The notes under the pieces are model-generated. The model worked only from the letters and a program-made list of their open reading frames with translations, did not search any database and was not told the DNA's origin. Positions 1 through 8,296 of a DNA stretch of 18,570 nt are shown here, piece after piece. The DNA is from Fibrobacterota bacterium (GTDB taxonomy: Bacteria > Fibrobacterota > Fibrobacteria > UBA11236). The translations under genes and the position numbers were made by a program. The first letter of the stretch is position 1, and the number at the start of each line of letters is the position of its first letter. Where the stretch lies: contig JAYUVP010000269.1 in the NCBI GenBank assembly GCA_043753995.1, positions 1-18,570 of the forward strand. The letters are read 5' to 3'.

Positions 1-386
1 GTACGCGCAGCGGCCATGCCCAAGGCTGCCGCTAGCGAAGTCGAGGCATGTCCCGCCCCAAAAGCGTCATAAGGACTTTCATCGCGCTTCAAAAAGCCCG
101 ACAAACCGCCATATTGCTTCAGGGTATGAAAATCTTTGTAACGGCCAGTGACCAGCTTATGCGGGTAAGCTTGATGACCCGTGTCCCAGACGATTTTATC
201 CTTGGGGGTTTCATAAAGCTTGTGTAAGGCCAAGGTCAATTCCACCGTGCCCAAATTCGAGGCAAGGTGACCGCCTTTATCCGCGACTTGGCGGACGATG
301 ACATCACGAATTTCCTGGGCAAGGGATTTTAATTCCTCGACGGAAAGTCCGCGCAAATCCGCAGGCGACTGAATGCGTTCCAACAT
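1..386 (-). CDS. dxs: 1-deoxy-D-xylulose-5-phosphate synthase, N-terminal part (runs off the window edge)
   Basis: Not in the ORF track. Hand translation from ATG at 386 gives [27 protein letters not shown]...[18 protein letters not shown]...[20 protein letters not shown]...[25 protein letters not shown], the typical DXS N-terminus. It follows ispA, as is usual. Confidence 0.97.
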   Translation of the reverse strand, partial: MLERIQSPADLRGLSVEELKSLAQEIRDVIVRQVADKGGHLASNLGTVELTLALHKLYETPKDKIVWDTGHQAYPHKLVTGRYKDFHTLKQYGGLSGFLKRDESPYDAFGAGHASTSLAAALGMAAAR

Positions 387-448
387 GGGTCTTCCTTGGC
401 TTATCGAAGAGGGCGCGCTCCCGGAGGAGTATCCCGTCTCGTTGGGGT

Positions 449-1330
449 TCAATTCACCCGCGTTACGATGAAATCTGCAAGCAGCTCAAAAACTTCGCTG
501 CGTATTGGCAATCGCCGCACTTCGGCAATAGCCTCATCTACCAACTCGCGCGCCTTGCGCTTGCTGGCCTCAATGCCCACCACGGCGGGATAGGTCGCCT
601 TACCCTTGGCAAGATCGCTTTTGGCGTCTTTGCCGAGATTTTCGGTGGTTTGCTCTAAATCCAAAACATCATCGACGATTTGAAAGGCCACGCCGATACG
701 GGAGCCGAAGGCTGCGAGTCCGGCAATCACTTCCTCGGGAGCGCGAGCGATTTGCGCGCCCATGACTAAGGAGGCCTGAATCAAGGCTGCCGTCTTATGC
801 CAGTGTATGTATTCCACCGTGGCCAAATCGACGGTCTTGCCTTCACTTTGAATGTCGACGACCTGGCCGCCGAGCATGCCCTTAGAACCCAAAGCTTTGG
901 CCAAGGTGGCCACGCAACGGGTATCGCCGGTGCGAGCCAATAATTCAAAAGCCGAAACAGCCAGCCAATCGCCGGCCAGCACAGCCATGCCTTCGCCATA
1001 AACCTTGTGATTGGTGGGGCGGCCACGGCGAAAATCGTCGTCGTCCATGCACGGTAAATCATCGTGTATGAGCGAGAAAGTATGGGTCATTTCAATGGCG
1101 GAGGCCGCCAGCCAAATAGCTTCTTGCTCCTCTTTACCGCCGCAGGCCTCGAAAGCAGCGACGCAGAGGGCGGGGCGTAATCGCTTACCTCCCGCGAACG
1201 TCGAATAGCGAACGCTTTCGTGCAAAGTCCCCGGAATTTCCTGGATGGATGGCAAATAGCGATCCAAGGCAGCATTCACCTTGACGGTGGTCGCCTTGAG
1301 GAAATCTTCCAAAGTCATGGTCGCTGGCAC
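449..1330 (-). CDS. ispA: Polyprenyl (farnesyl/geranylgeranyl) diphosphate synthase
   Basis: Motifs [29 protein letters not shown] (first Asp-rich motif), [19 protein letters not shown] (second Asp-rich motif) and KATYP. GTG start has GAGGA upstream; an alternative ATG lies at 1318. Confidence 0.93.
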   Translation of the reverse strand: MPATMTLEDFLKATTVKVNAALDRYLPSIQEIPGTLHESVRYSTFAGGKRLRPALCVAAFEACGGKEEQEAIWLAASAIEMTHTFSLIHDDLPCMDDDDFRRGRPTNHKVYGEGMAVLAGDWLAVSAFELLARTGDTRCVATLAKALGSKGMLGGQVVDIQSEGKTVDLATVEYIHWHKTAALIQASLVMGAQIARAPEEVIAGLAAFGSRIGVAFQIVDDVLDLEQTTENLGKDAKSDLAKGKATYPAVVGIEASKRKARELVDEAIAEVRRLPIRSEVFELLADFIVTRVN

Positions 1331-1484
1331 AGTGAGTCCTCAAATCCGGCGGATTTCAGCACGGTGGAGTCTTTGGAATGTAGAAAATCCGGCCTTTGGG
1401 GACAGCAGGAATCGCCGTCTCCTATCAGGAAAGGCGGGGTCTCAGGGATTTTTGAGGACTAGGATCGCAAAAAAATCCGGCGCT

Positions 1485-2366
1485 TCAGTGCGAGCCCAGG
1501 CCTTCGGCTGCAGACACCGTATTGGTCAACAACATGGCTATGGTCATGGGACCGACACCTCCGGGCACGGGAGTGATATAGCTGGCCTTCGCGGAAACCG
1601 AAGCAAAATCCATATCGCCTACCAAACGAAAGCCCTTGGCGGTTTCGGGTGCGGCAATGCGATTGACGCCCACGTCCAAAGCCACCACGCCCTCGCGCAC
1701 CATGTCGCCGGTTATGGTACCGGCCCTGCCCACGGCCGCGACAAGAATATCTGCCTCGCGCGTGAAGCGCGCCAAGTCCGGCGTGCCCGTATGACAAAGC
1801 GTTACCGTAGCATTGGCATTACCCCCCTTTTGCACCAGTAAATTCATCAGGGGTTTGCCGACGATGTTGCTGCGGCCCACAATGACCACATGCTTGCCCG
1901 CGGGGCTGATGCCATAGTGCTCCAGCAGCACTTGCACCCCCCAAGGCGTGCAAGGCTTGAAACCTGGGCGCCCCAGCATGACTCGGCCCAGGTTTTCTGG
2001 ATGAAAGCCATCGACGTCTTTACCGGCAGGTATGATGTGCAACAATTTTTCTTCGGGAAGGTGCGCCGGCAGAGGCAATTGCAAAAGCATGCCATGCACC
2101 AAAGCGTCGGCAACTTCGCGGCGAAGATGAGCAGCAACCGTGGCCTCATCGCTATTGGCCGCCAATTTATGCGTGCGTGCCTCAATACCGACATCTCGCG
2201 CCGCAGCGTCTTTTTGGGCGACATAAACTTGAGAAGCAGGGTCTTCACCCACCAGAGTAACACTCAGACATGGAGTGATACCCCGGCTCTTAAGGGCAGC
2301 GACTCGACTTTTCAGGCCATTGCGGATTTCTTGGGCGACTTTTTTACCGTCAATCAAAATGGCCAT
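1485..2366 (-). CDS. folD: Bifunctional methylenetetrahydrofolate dehydrogenase/cyclohydrolase
   Basis: Motifs ILIDGKKVA, VGEDPASQVYV, LQLPLP, KDVDGFHPEN, PCTPWG, GRSNIVGKP and ITPVPGGVGPMTIAMLL. Confidence 0.98.
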   Translation of the reverse strand: MAILIDGKKVAQEIRNGLKSRVAALKSRGITPCLSVTLVGEDPASQVYVAQKDAAARDVGIEARTHKLAANSDEATVAAHLRREVADALVHGMLLQLPLPAHLPEEKLLHIIPAGKDVDGFHPENLGRVMLGRPGFKPCTPWGVQVLLEHYGISPAGKHVVIVGRSNIVGKPLMNLLVQKGGNANATVTLCHTGTPDLARFTREADILVAAVGRAGTITGDMVREGVVALDVGVNRIAAPETAKGFRLVGDMDFASVSAKASYITPVPGGVGPMTIAMLLTNTVSAAEGLGSH

Positions 2367-2414
2367 GACTCTTGTCTCCCACGGAAGAAGCGCAGCAAAT
2401 TAGCCATTAAATAA

Positions 2415-2591
2415 GGAACCCTGCCGACTTACCGCGCATGAGTCTCGAGCTCTGTCCTATAGAAAAAGTTTGATGGATCCCGGTAGGTTTGCACTTCCCC
2501 TGCGAGGGGGCATGTGCTGAGAAACCGAAGTCTCCACGATTTTAGATAGGGATTGTAAAGTCGAGACTCTTGACGCGAGCGACAGGATTCC
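2415..2591 (-). ncRNA. ssrS: 6S RNA (SsrS)
   Basis: About 177 nt directly after zapA, the conserved ssrS position. On the minus strand the ends pair (GGAAUCCUGUCG with CGGCAGGGUUCC), followed by CGCG/CGCG, a perfect GAGUCUCGA/UCGAGACUC helix (2561-2569 with 2440-2448), and internal bubbles. Exact ends are approximate. Confidence 0.85.
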
Positions 2592-2596
2592 CTGTT

Positions 2597-2920
2597 TCAG
2601 CCCTTCGGGTCTAAGGCCCGATTCAGGCTTTCAGTCAGGGTCTTGGCTTGCGTTTGCATTCTCAGATTCATTGAGTCGTAGGCCTCCAATCGGGTGCGCA
2701 CGTTAATCAACTCTTCGGCCAAATTCAGGGCGGCCATGGCCACAAGCCTGAATTTATCTCCGTTCATGGTATTCTGGCTCACTTCGCGGATTTTACTGTC
2801 CAAATATCCCGCGATTTGCTCGATAATTTGCGGTGGTTGATCGGAGCGCAATTGCAGGGATTCCCCGCAAATATTCACACGGTAAGTGTGCTCCAAATCC
2901 GATCCCCCGCGCGTCTCCAT
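2597..2920 (-). CDS. zapA: Cell division protein ZapA
   Basis: Y-R-V-N-I-x-G strand, IAGYLDSKIREV helix, AMAALNLAEEL motif and C-terminal coiled coil; lies in the pheT-zapB-zapA-6S context. Confidence 0.9.
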   Translation of the reverse strand: METRGGSDLEHTYRVNICGESLQLRSDQPPQIIEQIAGYLDSKIREVSQNTMNGDKFRLVAMAALNLAEELINVRTRLEAYDSMNLRMQTQAKTLTESLNRALDPKG

Positions 2921-2928
2921 AGCTTGGC

Positions 2929-3195
2929 TCAGGTGAGAGCGGCCTCTAGGCGAGTCATCATGTCACGAATACGATCGCCGGCCTGGGTGATATTCTCCGA
3001 CTTCATGTCCAAATCACCACGCAGGCGATTCACTTCCTCATCGCGCTCGGTGATGGAGCGCTCCAGGTGACCTGATTTTTCCAATGCCGCATGCAATTCG
3101 GTTTTCAAATGGTCGCGTTCACGCTTCAACTCCTCAATGAGCGAAACGGCATGCTCCACCTTCTGTGAAAGGGTTTCAAATTGGCTGAAGTCCAT
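2929..3195 (-). CDS. zapB: ZapB-like coiled-coil cell division protein
   Basis: All-helical heptad protein (FETLSQKVEHAVSLIEELKRE...RIRDMMTRLE) directly upstream of zapA. ATG at 3195 has GGGAG 5 nt upstream, so it is preferred over the GTG at 3201. Confidence 0.75.
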   Translation of the reverse strand: MDFSQFETLSQKVEHAVSLIEELKRERDHLKTELHAALEKSGHLERSITERDEEVNRLRGDLDMKSENITQAGDRIRDMMTRLEAALT

Positions 3196-3327
3196 CGACA
3201 CTCCCTGTGGGCCCTGGGCCTAATTGTAAAGCCATACCTGGCCAAAGGCCAGGCGAAATCTTCGTGGAAAACTAATTGGCCGTCGGAGAAAAATCGGCTC
3301 AGGAATGATTCTGGACAAAACCGCCGC

Positions 3328-5760
3328 CTATTTGAAGCGAATACGTCCGTCTTGGCCCAGGTTTGATTTCACGCTTTCGTGAGCCGTTTGCACGTCCTCA
3401 TCGGTGAGCGAACGTTCGCCATGCCGGTAGATCAGCTCATAATGCATGGCTTTGTGACCTTCTGGCACGCCTTGGCCACGATAAATGCTGCGAAGTCGCA
3501 GGGATTCCAATAGAGGCTGCTTGGGTATGCCCGCCAATAATTCGCCATGCGCCATGGTCTCGGGTATCAAGGCATTGAAATCACGCACCGAGGCGACCTG
3601 GGTACTGAAAGGTTTAAAGCGCTTGGCTGCCGGGGCAAAAGCTAGCAGGGCATCCAAATGGATTTCCGCGACGGCAACTTTGTGGCGCAAATCAAAAGCT
3701 TGCTGCACGCGAGGATGAAGCATGCCAAAGACACCGAGCTCAACGGTTTTGCCGTCGACTCCTTGGGCAATAACCCTCCCGCTTTCCTTGGGATGTAAAA
3801 AACCGACCTCAGCCAAAGGCGCCAATTGCAGCGGGCGTCCCAACTTTTGCAATAGGTTTTCGAGTAGGCCTTTCAAGGCGTAAAAGTCTATGCCGGTATG
3901 TTCGCCGCTCCAAGCCGAGCTGGGCCATTCTCCCATCACTGTGAGGGTGAGAAGGGCCTCTTCGCGAATGCCATTGTCACGTGGACCTGTTTTTTCCCTG
4001 GCGAAAAAAGCCTTGCCGACTTCGAATAGGGCCGCGTCATTTTGCTGATTGTTTTGATTGTGACACAAAGCCTGCAAAAGGTTGGGCAGGCCGGTGGTGG
4101 GCATGGCTTCCCAATCTTCACTCAACGGATTTTTCAGCAGGACGGGACTCAATCGGGCGTCGTTTTCTGCTAGGCCTAGCTTGGCCAATTGCTTGCGCGA
4201 GGTGAAGCGCAGGCTCAAGGCTTCTTGCAAACCGAGATCGCGTAGGGTATGCCGAATTTGCCGCGACAAGGCCTCGCGCGGGGTCACGCCGCCACTCCCC
4301 AGGGGAAAGCTGGGAAGCTTGCCGGGTATGGTATTGTAATCCATGAGCCGAGCGACTTCTTCGATGAGATCGGCTTCACGCGTCAAGTCACCCCGGAAAC
4401 CGGGTATGTTGAAGCCCATCGAGTCCGTGACATTTGAGACAATCGGTTCTAATCCGATGCTTGCCAAAAGCTTAAGGATTTCAGTATTGCTCACCTCAAC
4501 GCCAAGCAGCCGCCGCACACGCTCCGGCCTCAAGGAGACCAGGGCCCGCTCCCGGGGATGGCTGGGTGCAATGAACTCCACTCTACCTTGCCGCACCTTG
4601 CCGCCACAGACCGTGGCAATCAAGGCAGCCAAATGATCGGCTATGGCCTCGGTGCGCAAATAATCGATACCGCGCTCAAAGCGATAGGAGGAATCGCTGC
4701 TAAGGCCATGACGCCGGGCCTGCAAACGCACAAAGGCCGGTTGAAAATAGGCCACTTCCAAAAAGACTCGGCTGGTTTTCGCAGTTACGCCGCTATTCAC
4801 TCCGCCCATGACGCCAGCCAAAACCTGGGCCTTCTCGGCATCAGCTATGACTAAATCCTGAGTCGAGAGAGTGCGGACCACGCCATCCAGAGTGGTCAAG
4901 GATTCGCCGGAAAGGGCGCGCCGCACCACCACTTCCTGACCTGCCAAGGTGTCGAGGTCAAAAGCATGCGAGGGCTGTCCCCATTCGAGCAGCACGAAAT
5001 TGGTGAGGTCGACCACATTGTTGATGGGATTCTTTCCCACCGATCGCAAGGCCGCCTGCAACCAGGCTGGACTCTCCCCCACCTTAATGCCTTCTATCAC
5101 CCGCCCCACATAACGCGGGCAAGCTTCGCCATCCTCAACGCGCAAACGCAAAGCTTCACTGGGTGAGGCACCGGACTCAGCGACTTTCTCCAGGGGCTCA
5201 CGCAGGGGGCGACCATATTTGGCCGCCAATTCTCGCGCTAGGCCGACATGGCTGAGAGCATCAGGACGGTTCGGCGTGACATTCACTTCGAAATGCGCAT
5301 CGCAAAGATCGGGAATGTCTTGCAGGCTGAGACCTACCACGGTGCCTGCTGGCAAAACCAAAATGCCGTCATGGCCTTGGCCCAAACCCACTTCGTCTTC
5401 GGCGCAAATCATGCCGAAGCTTTCCACTCCGCGTAATTTCGCCTTTTTGATATGGAGGCCACCCGGTAAATTCGCGCCGACTTGGGCGAATAAAACCTTT
5501 TGGCCAGCGGCCACATTGGACGCGCCGCAAACCACTTGCCATTCTTGTTGGCCGTCATAGACGCGGCAAACCGAAAGCTTGTCGGCTTCGGGATGTTTTT
5601 CCCGTGCGCGCACTTCACCCACCACCACGCCACTGACGCCTTCGCCCGCGACTTGCAGGGCTTCGACCTCAAAGCCCAGCGATGTCAGGCTGACGGCGAT
5701 ATCCTTGGGGTTTTCGGGCAAGTCGACATAGCGCCGCAACCAGTTCAGGGAAACTTGCAT
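3328..5760 (-). CDS. pheT: Phenylalanine--tRNA ligase beta subunit
   Basis: MQVSLNWLRRY start, HPEADKL, VVCGASNV, LRGVESFGMIC, TPNRPDALS, INNVVDLTNFV, YRFERG, DLIEEVARL and a C-terminal anticodon-binding domain; 810 aa. Confidence 0.98.
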   Translation of the reverse strand: MQVSLNWLRRYVDLPENPKDIAVSLTSLGFEVEALQVAGEGVSGVVVGEVRAREKHPEADKLSVCRVYDGQQEWQVVCGASNVAAGQKVLFAQVGANLPGGLHIKKAKLRGVESFGMICAEDEVGLGQGHDGILVLPAGTVVGLSLQDIPDLCDAHFEVNVTPNRPDALSHVGLARELAAKYGRPLREPLEKVAESGASPSEALRLRVEDGEACPRYVGRVIEGIKVGESPAWLQAALRSVGKNPINNVVDLTNFVLLEWGQPSHAFDLDTLAGQEVVVRRALSGESLTTLDGVVRTLSTQDLVIADAEKAQVLAGVMGGVNSGVTAKTSRVFLEVAYFQPAFVRLQARRHGLSSDSSYRFERGIDYLRTEAIADHLAALIATVCGGKVRQGRVEFIAPSHPRERALVSLRPERVRRLLGVEVSNTEILKLLASIGLEPIVSNVTDSMGFNIPGFRGDLTREADLIEEVARLMDYNTIPGKLPSFPLGSGGVTPREALSRQIRHTLRDLGLQEALSLRFTSRKQLAKLGLAENDARLSPVLLKNPLSEDWEAMPTTGLPNLLQALCHNQNNQQNDAALFEVGKAFFAREKTGPRDNGIREEALLTLTVMGEWPSSAWSGEHTGIDFYALKGLLENLLQKLGRPLQLAPLAEVGFLHPKESGRVIAQGVDGKTVELGVFGMLHPRVQQAFDLRHKVAVAEIHLDALLAFAPAAKRFKPFSTQVASVRDFNALIPETMAHGELLAGIPKQPLLESLRLRSIYRGQGVPEGHKAMHYELIYRHGERSLTDEDVQTAHESVKSNLGQDGRIRFK

Positions 5761-5772
5761 GCTACCCTCTCC

Positions 5773-6855
5773 TCAGAATTGCCGCAAGAAGCGGACGTCA
5801 TTGCGGAAAAACATGCCGATATCGGGCACGCCGTATTGAATGATGGCAATGCGATCAATGCCGAAGCCGAAAGCAAAGCCCGAATATTTTTCTGGGTCCC
5901 AACCGACGGCGGCGAAAACATTGGGATCGACGCTACCGCAACCGCCGATTTCTATCCAGCCGCTTTGCTTGCAAACCCGGCATCCCTTGCCCTTGCAGAA
6001 GGGGCAGGATACGTCCATCTCGGCGGAGGGCTCAGTGAAAGGGAAAAAGCTGGGGCGAAAACGTAATTGCGTGCCCTTGCCGAAGAGGTTTTCGGCCCAC
6101 AAGCCCAAGGTGCCGCGCAAGTGGGCGAAGCTAATGCCCTCGTCGACCACGAGGCATTCCACCTGATTGAACATGGGCGAATGCGTGGCGTCATTGTCCA
6201 CGCGATATACCACGCCAGGGGCAATCATGCGTAGCGGCGGCTCGCGATGGCCCAACATATAATGCACTTGAACATTCGAAGTGTGAGTGCGTAGCACCAC
6301 GCCCTCGCCGACATGAAAGGTGTCTTGCATGTCGCGGGCAGGATGCTCGGGCGGAATATTGAGCGCCTCGAAGTTATACCAATCGTGATCGATTTCAGGC
6401 GCTTCAGCCATGGCAAAACCCAGGCCCACGAAATAGTCGATAATGCCTTCGCGCACCTGGGTGAGCGGGTGCAAGGTGCCCATCGGCACGCGAATGCCCG
6501 GCAAGGTCGCATCGACTCGGCTTTGCGCCAATTGACGCTTCACTTCGGCTTCTTCGATTTTCCGTTCAATGCCAGCAAGAACGGATTCGGCATGGTCGCG
6601 CAATTCATTGACCAATTTGCCGAATACCGGTTTATCCTCGGCGGAAAGCGAACCCATTTGGCGTAATAAGGCTTGTATTTCGCCTTTTTTGCCAACGAAG
6701 CGCGACTTGAATTCATCGAAGCGATGCTTCAAGCTGCCTCCGGCTTGGGCCAGCAAAGCCGCAGCGTCATCCACCTTATCCTCAGACAAAACGGAGGCGG
6801 CAAAGGCTTGAATATCGGCGTCGAAGCGTTTTTTTAAGGATTCGATCAAGGACAT
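5773..6855 (-). CDS. pheS: Phenylalanine--tRNA ligase alpha subunit
   Basis: Motifs GKKG, HPARDMQDTF, LRTHTS, THSPMFNQVE, RFRPSFFPFTEPSAE, a CPFC..C..CK insert, GWIEIGGCG and GFAFGFGIDR. The ATG at 6855 has AAGGA at better spacing than the ATG at 6861. Confidence 0.98.
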   Translation of the reverse strand: MSLIESLKKRFDADIQAFAASVLSEDKVDDAAALLAQAGGSLKHRFDEFKSRFVGKKGEIQALLRQMGSLSAEDKPVFGKLVNELRDHAESVLAGIERKIEEAEVKRQLAQSRVDATLPGIRVPMGTLHPLTQVREGIIDYFVGLGFAMAEAPEIDHDWYNFEALNIPPEHPARDMQDTFHVGEGVVLRTHTSNVQVHYMLGHREPPLRMIAPGVVYRVDNDATHSPMFNQVECLVVDEGISFAHLRGTLGLWAENLFGKGTQLRFRPSFFPFTEPSAEMDVSCPFCKGKGCRVCKQSGWIEIGGCGSVDPNVFAAVGWDPEKYSGFAFGFGIDRIAIIQYGVPDIGMFFRNDVRFLRQF

Positions 6856-6919
6856 GGACATCCTTCACAGTCCGGCCTCAATGCAAGGCCGGCGGGGTTT
6901 TCATTTTTTGATCGTCACG

Positions 6920-6949
6920 AAAAAAGGCATTGTCTCATGACAATGCCTT
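6920..6949 (-). terminator. Intrinsic terminator after rplT
   Basis: Perfect 11-bp stem (AAGGCATTGTC 6924-6934 with GACAATGCCTT 6939-6949), 4-nt loop, and a U6 tract on the minus strand. Confidence 0.85.
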
Positions 6950-6988
6950 CATTCCAGGGCCGATGGCCTGCAACAAACCCGACTAGAG

Positions 6989-7339
6989 TCAGGCTGCTTT
7001 GGCCAAGCCGACCAATTTTGCAAAAGCATTGCCGTCCGAAAGGGCCAAGTCAGCGAGAATCTTGCGATCCAGGGAGACATTGGCTTTTTTCAAACCGGAA
7101 ATGAAGCGGCTATAGCTCAATCCTAATTCGCGGGCGGCGGCATTGATACGCACGGTCCACAAAGAACGGAAAGCGCCTTTTTTGTCTTTGCGATGGGCAT
7201 AGCTGTACTGGCCAGCATGATCCACGGCTTCCTTGGCGAGTCGGAAATTGCTCTTACGACGTCCGAAATAACCTTTAGCGGCTTTTAGGACTTTCTTATG
7301 ACGGGCACGTGCGGCGACGCGAGGTGTACTTCTGGGCAT
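6989..7339 (-). CDS. rplT: 50S ribosomal protein L20
   Basis: MPRS...[18 protein letters not shown]...[14 protein letters not shown]...[10 protein letters not shown]. Confidence 0.99.
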   Translation of the reverse strand: MPRSTPRVAARARHKKVLKAAKGYFGRRKSNFRLAKEAVDHAGQYSYAHRKDKKGAFRSLWTVRINAAARELGLSYSRFISGLKKANVSLDRKILADLALSDGNAFAKLVGLAKAA

Positions 7340-7374
7340 GGTCTTCTATCCGTATGAGAGTTCGCGGTAGCGAC

Positions 7375-7572
7375 TCAGCCTTGCACCAGCAAGCGTTTGA
7401 TGCGGGGTTCGTCCACTTCGGCCAAGTAGGAAGGGCCACTGAGATGGCGCTTGCGACCGGGGGACATCTTCGCATTGATATGGTTGAGGCCCTTGGAACG
7501 CTTCTTAACGCGTCCGTTAGCCGTGACTTTAAAGCGCTTCTTGGCGCCGCTATGGGTTTTCATCTTAGGCAT
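7375..7572 (-). CDS. rpmI: 50S ribosomal protein L35
   Basis: MPKMKTHSGAKKRFKVTANG; 65 aa; lies between infC and rplT. Confidence 0.99.
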   Translation of the reverse strand: MPKMKTHSGAKKRFKVTANGRVKKRSKGLNHINAKMSPGRKRHLSGPSYLAEVDEPRIKRLLVQG

Positions 7573-7585
7573 GGCTGCCCTTTCA

Positions 7586-8266
7586 TTAAGCCGGTATGGA
7601 GGTGGGCTGGCCCGCGCCGCCGTCCGTTACCTTGGTTTCGCCCGTTGCCGGGCTTGAAACAGGAACCGCACCTTGGCTCGCAGCCTTGGCGCTTTCTTCC
7701 AATTTCTTCACCTTTTGCTGCTGCGCGCCCTTGAGAGGAGCGAAGATAGTGGTGACATTGCGACCTTCCTGGGTGTTCCCGCCCTCAGCCAGGCCCAGAC
7801 CATCAAGGTCTTTCGCCATACGCTTGAGCCAACGGGCGCCGTAATCGAGATGGGCCATTTCGCGGCCCCGGAAAGTCACCGTCGCTTTGACCTTAAAGCC
7901 CTTATCCAGGAACTCTTTGGCCTGTTCGAGGCGGTATATGTAGTCATTTTCACCGGTTTTGGGATGGAACTTGATCTCCTTGACCTTGATGATATGCTGC
8001 TTGGCCTTGGAGGCTTTTTGCTTTTTGGAGACTTCGTACTTGTACTTGCCAAAATCCATGATTCGGCAAACGGGAGGATTGGCTGCGCCCGAAACCTCGA
8101 CCAGGTCCAAACCGCGTTCCCGCGCCTTTTCCAGCGCAGCAGGTACGGTTAGAACTCCAAGCTGTTTACCATCGTGATCTATGACTCGAATCTCATAGGC
8201 GCGTATATGCTCATTGATGCGAGTCGTGTCTTTTTGTGGCGGGCGAAAAAAAGGTCTTCTTAACAA
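7586..8266 (-). CDS. infC: Translation initiation factor IF-3 (TTG start, C-terminal extension)
   Basis: Motifs RINEHI, LDLVEVS, PPVCRIMDFGKYKYE, KVKEIKF and FRGREMAH. TTG start is preceded by AGGAGG (8278-8283) and AGGA (8272-8275). Confidence 0.97.
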   Translation of the reverse strand: MLRRPFFRPPQKDTTRINEHIRAYEIRVIDHDGKQLGVLTVPAALEKARERGLDLVEVSGAANPPVCRIMDFGKYKYEVSKKQKASKAKQHIIKVKEIKFHPKTGENDYIYRLEQAKEFLDKGFKVKATVTFRGREMAHLDYGARWLKRMAKDLDGLGLAEGGNTQEGRNVTTIFAPLKGAQQQKVKKLEESAKAASQGAVPVSSPATGETKVTDGGAGQPTSIPA

Positions 8267-8296
8267 ACGATTCCTATCCTCCTGGCCAGGGTTTTA

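Noticed and set aside
3237..3253. Hairpin CCTGGCC-AAA-GGCCAGG between pheT and zapB
   Set aside because: No convincing U-tract, and the nearby TACAAT has no properly spaced -35, so no function can be assigned.
6894..6953. Possible pheM-type leader peptide (minus-strand mini-ORFs MKALS, MRQCLFS, MPFFVTIKK)
   Set aside because: The only one with tandem Phe codons starts inside the terminator's 3' arm, so it cannot control attenuation. None has a clear RBS.
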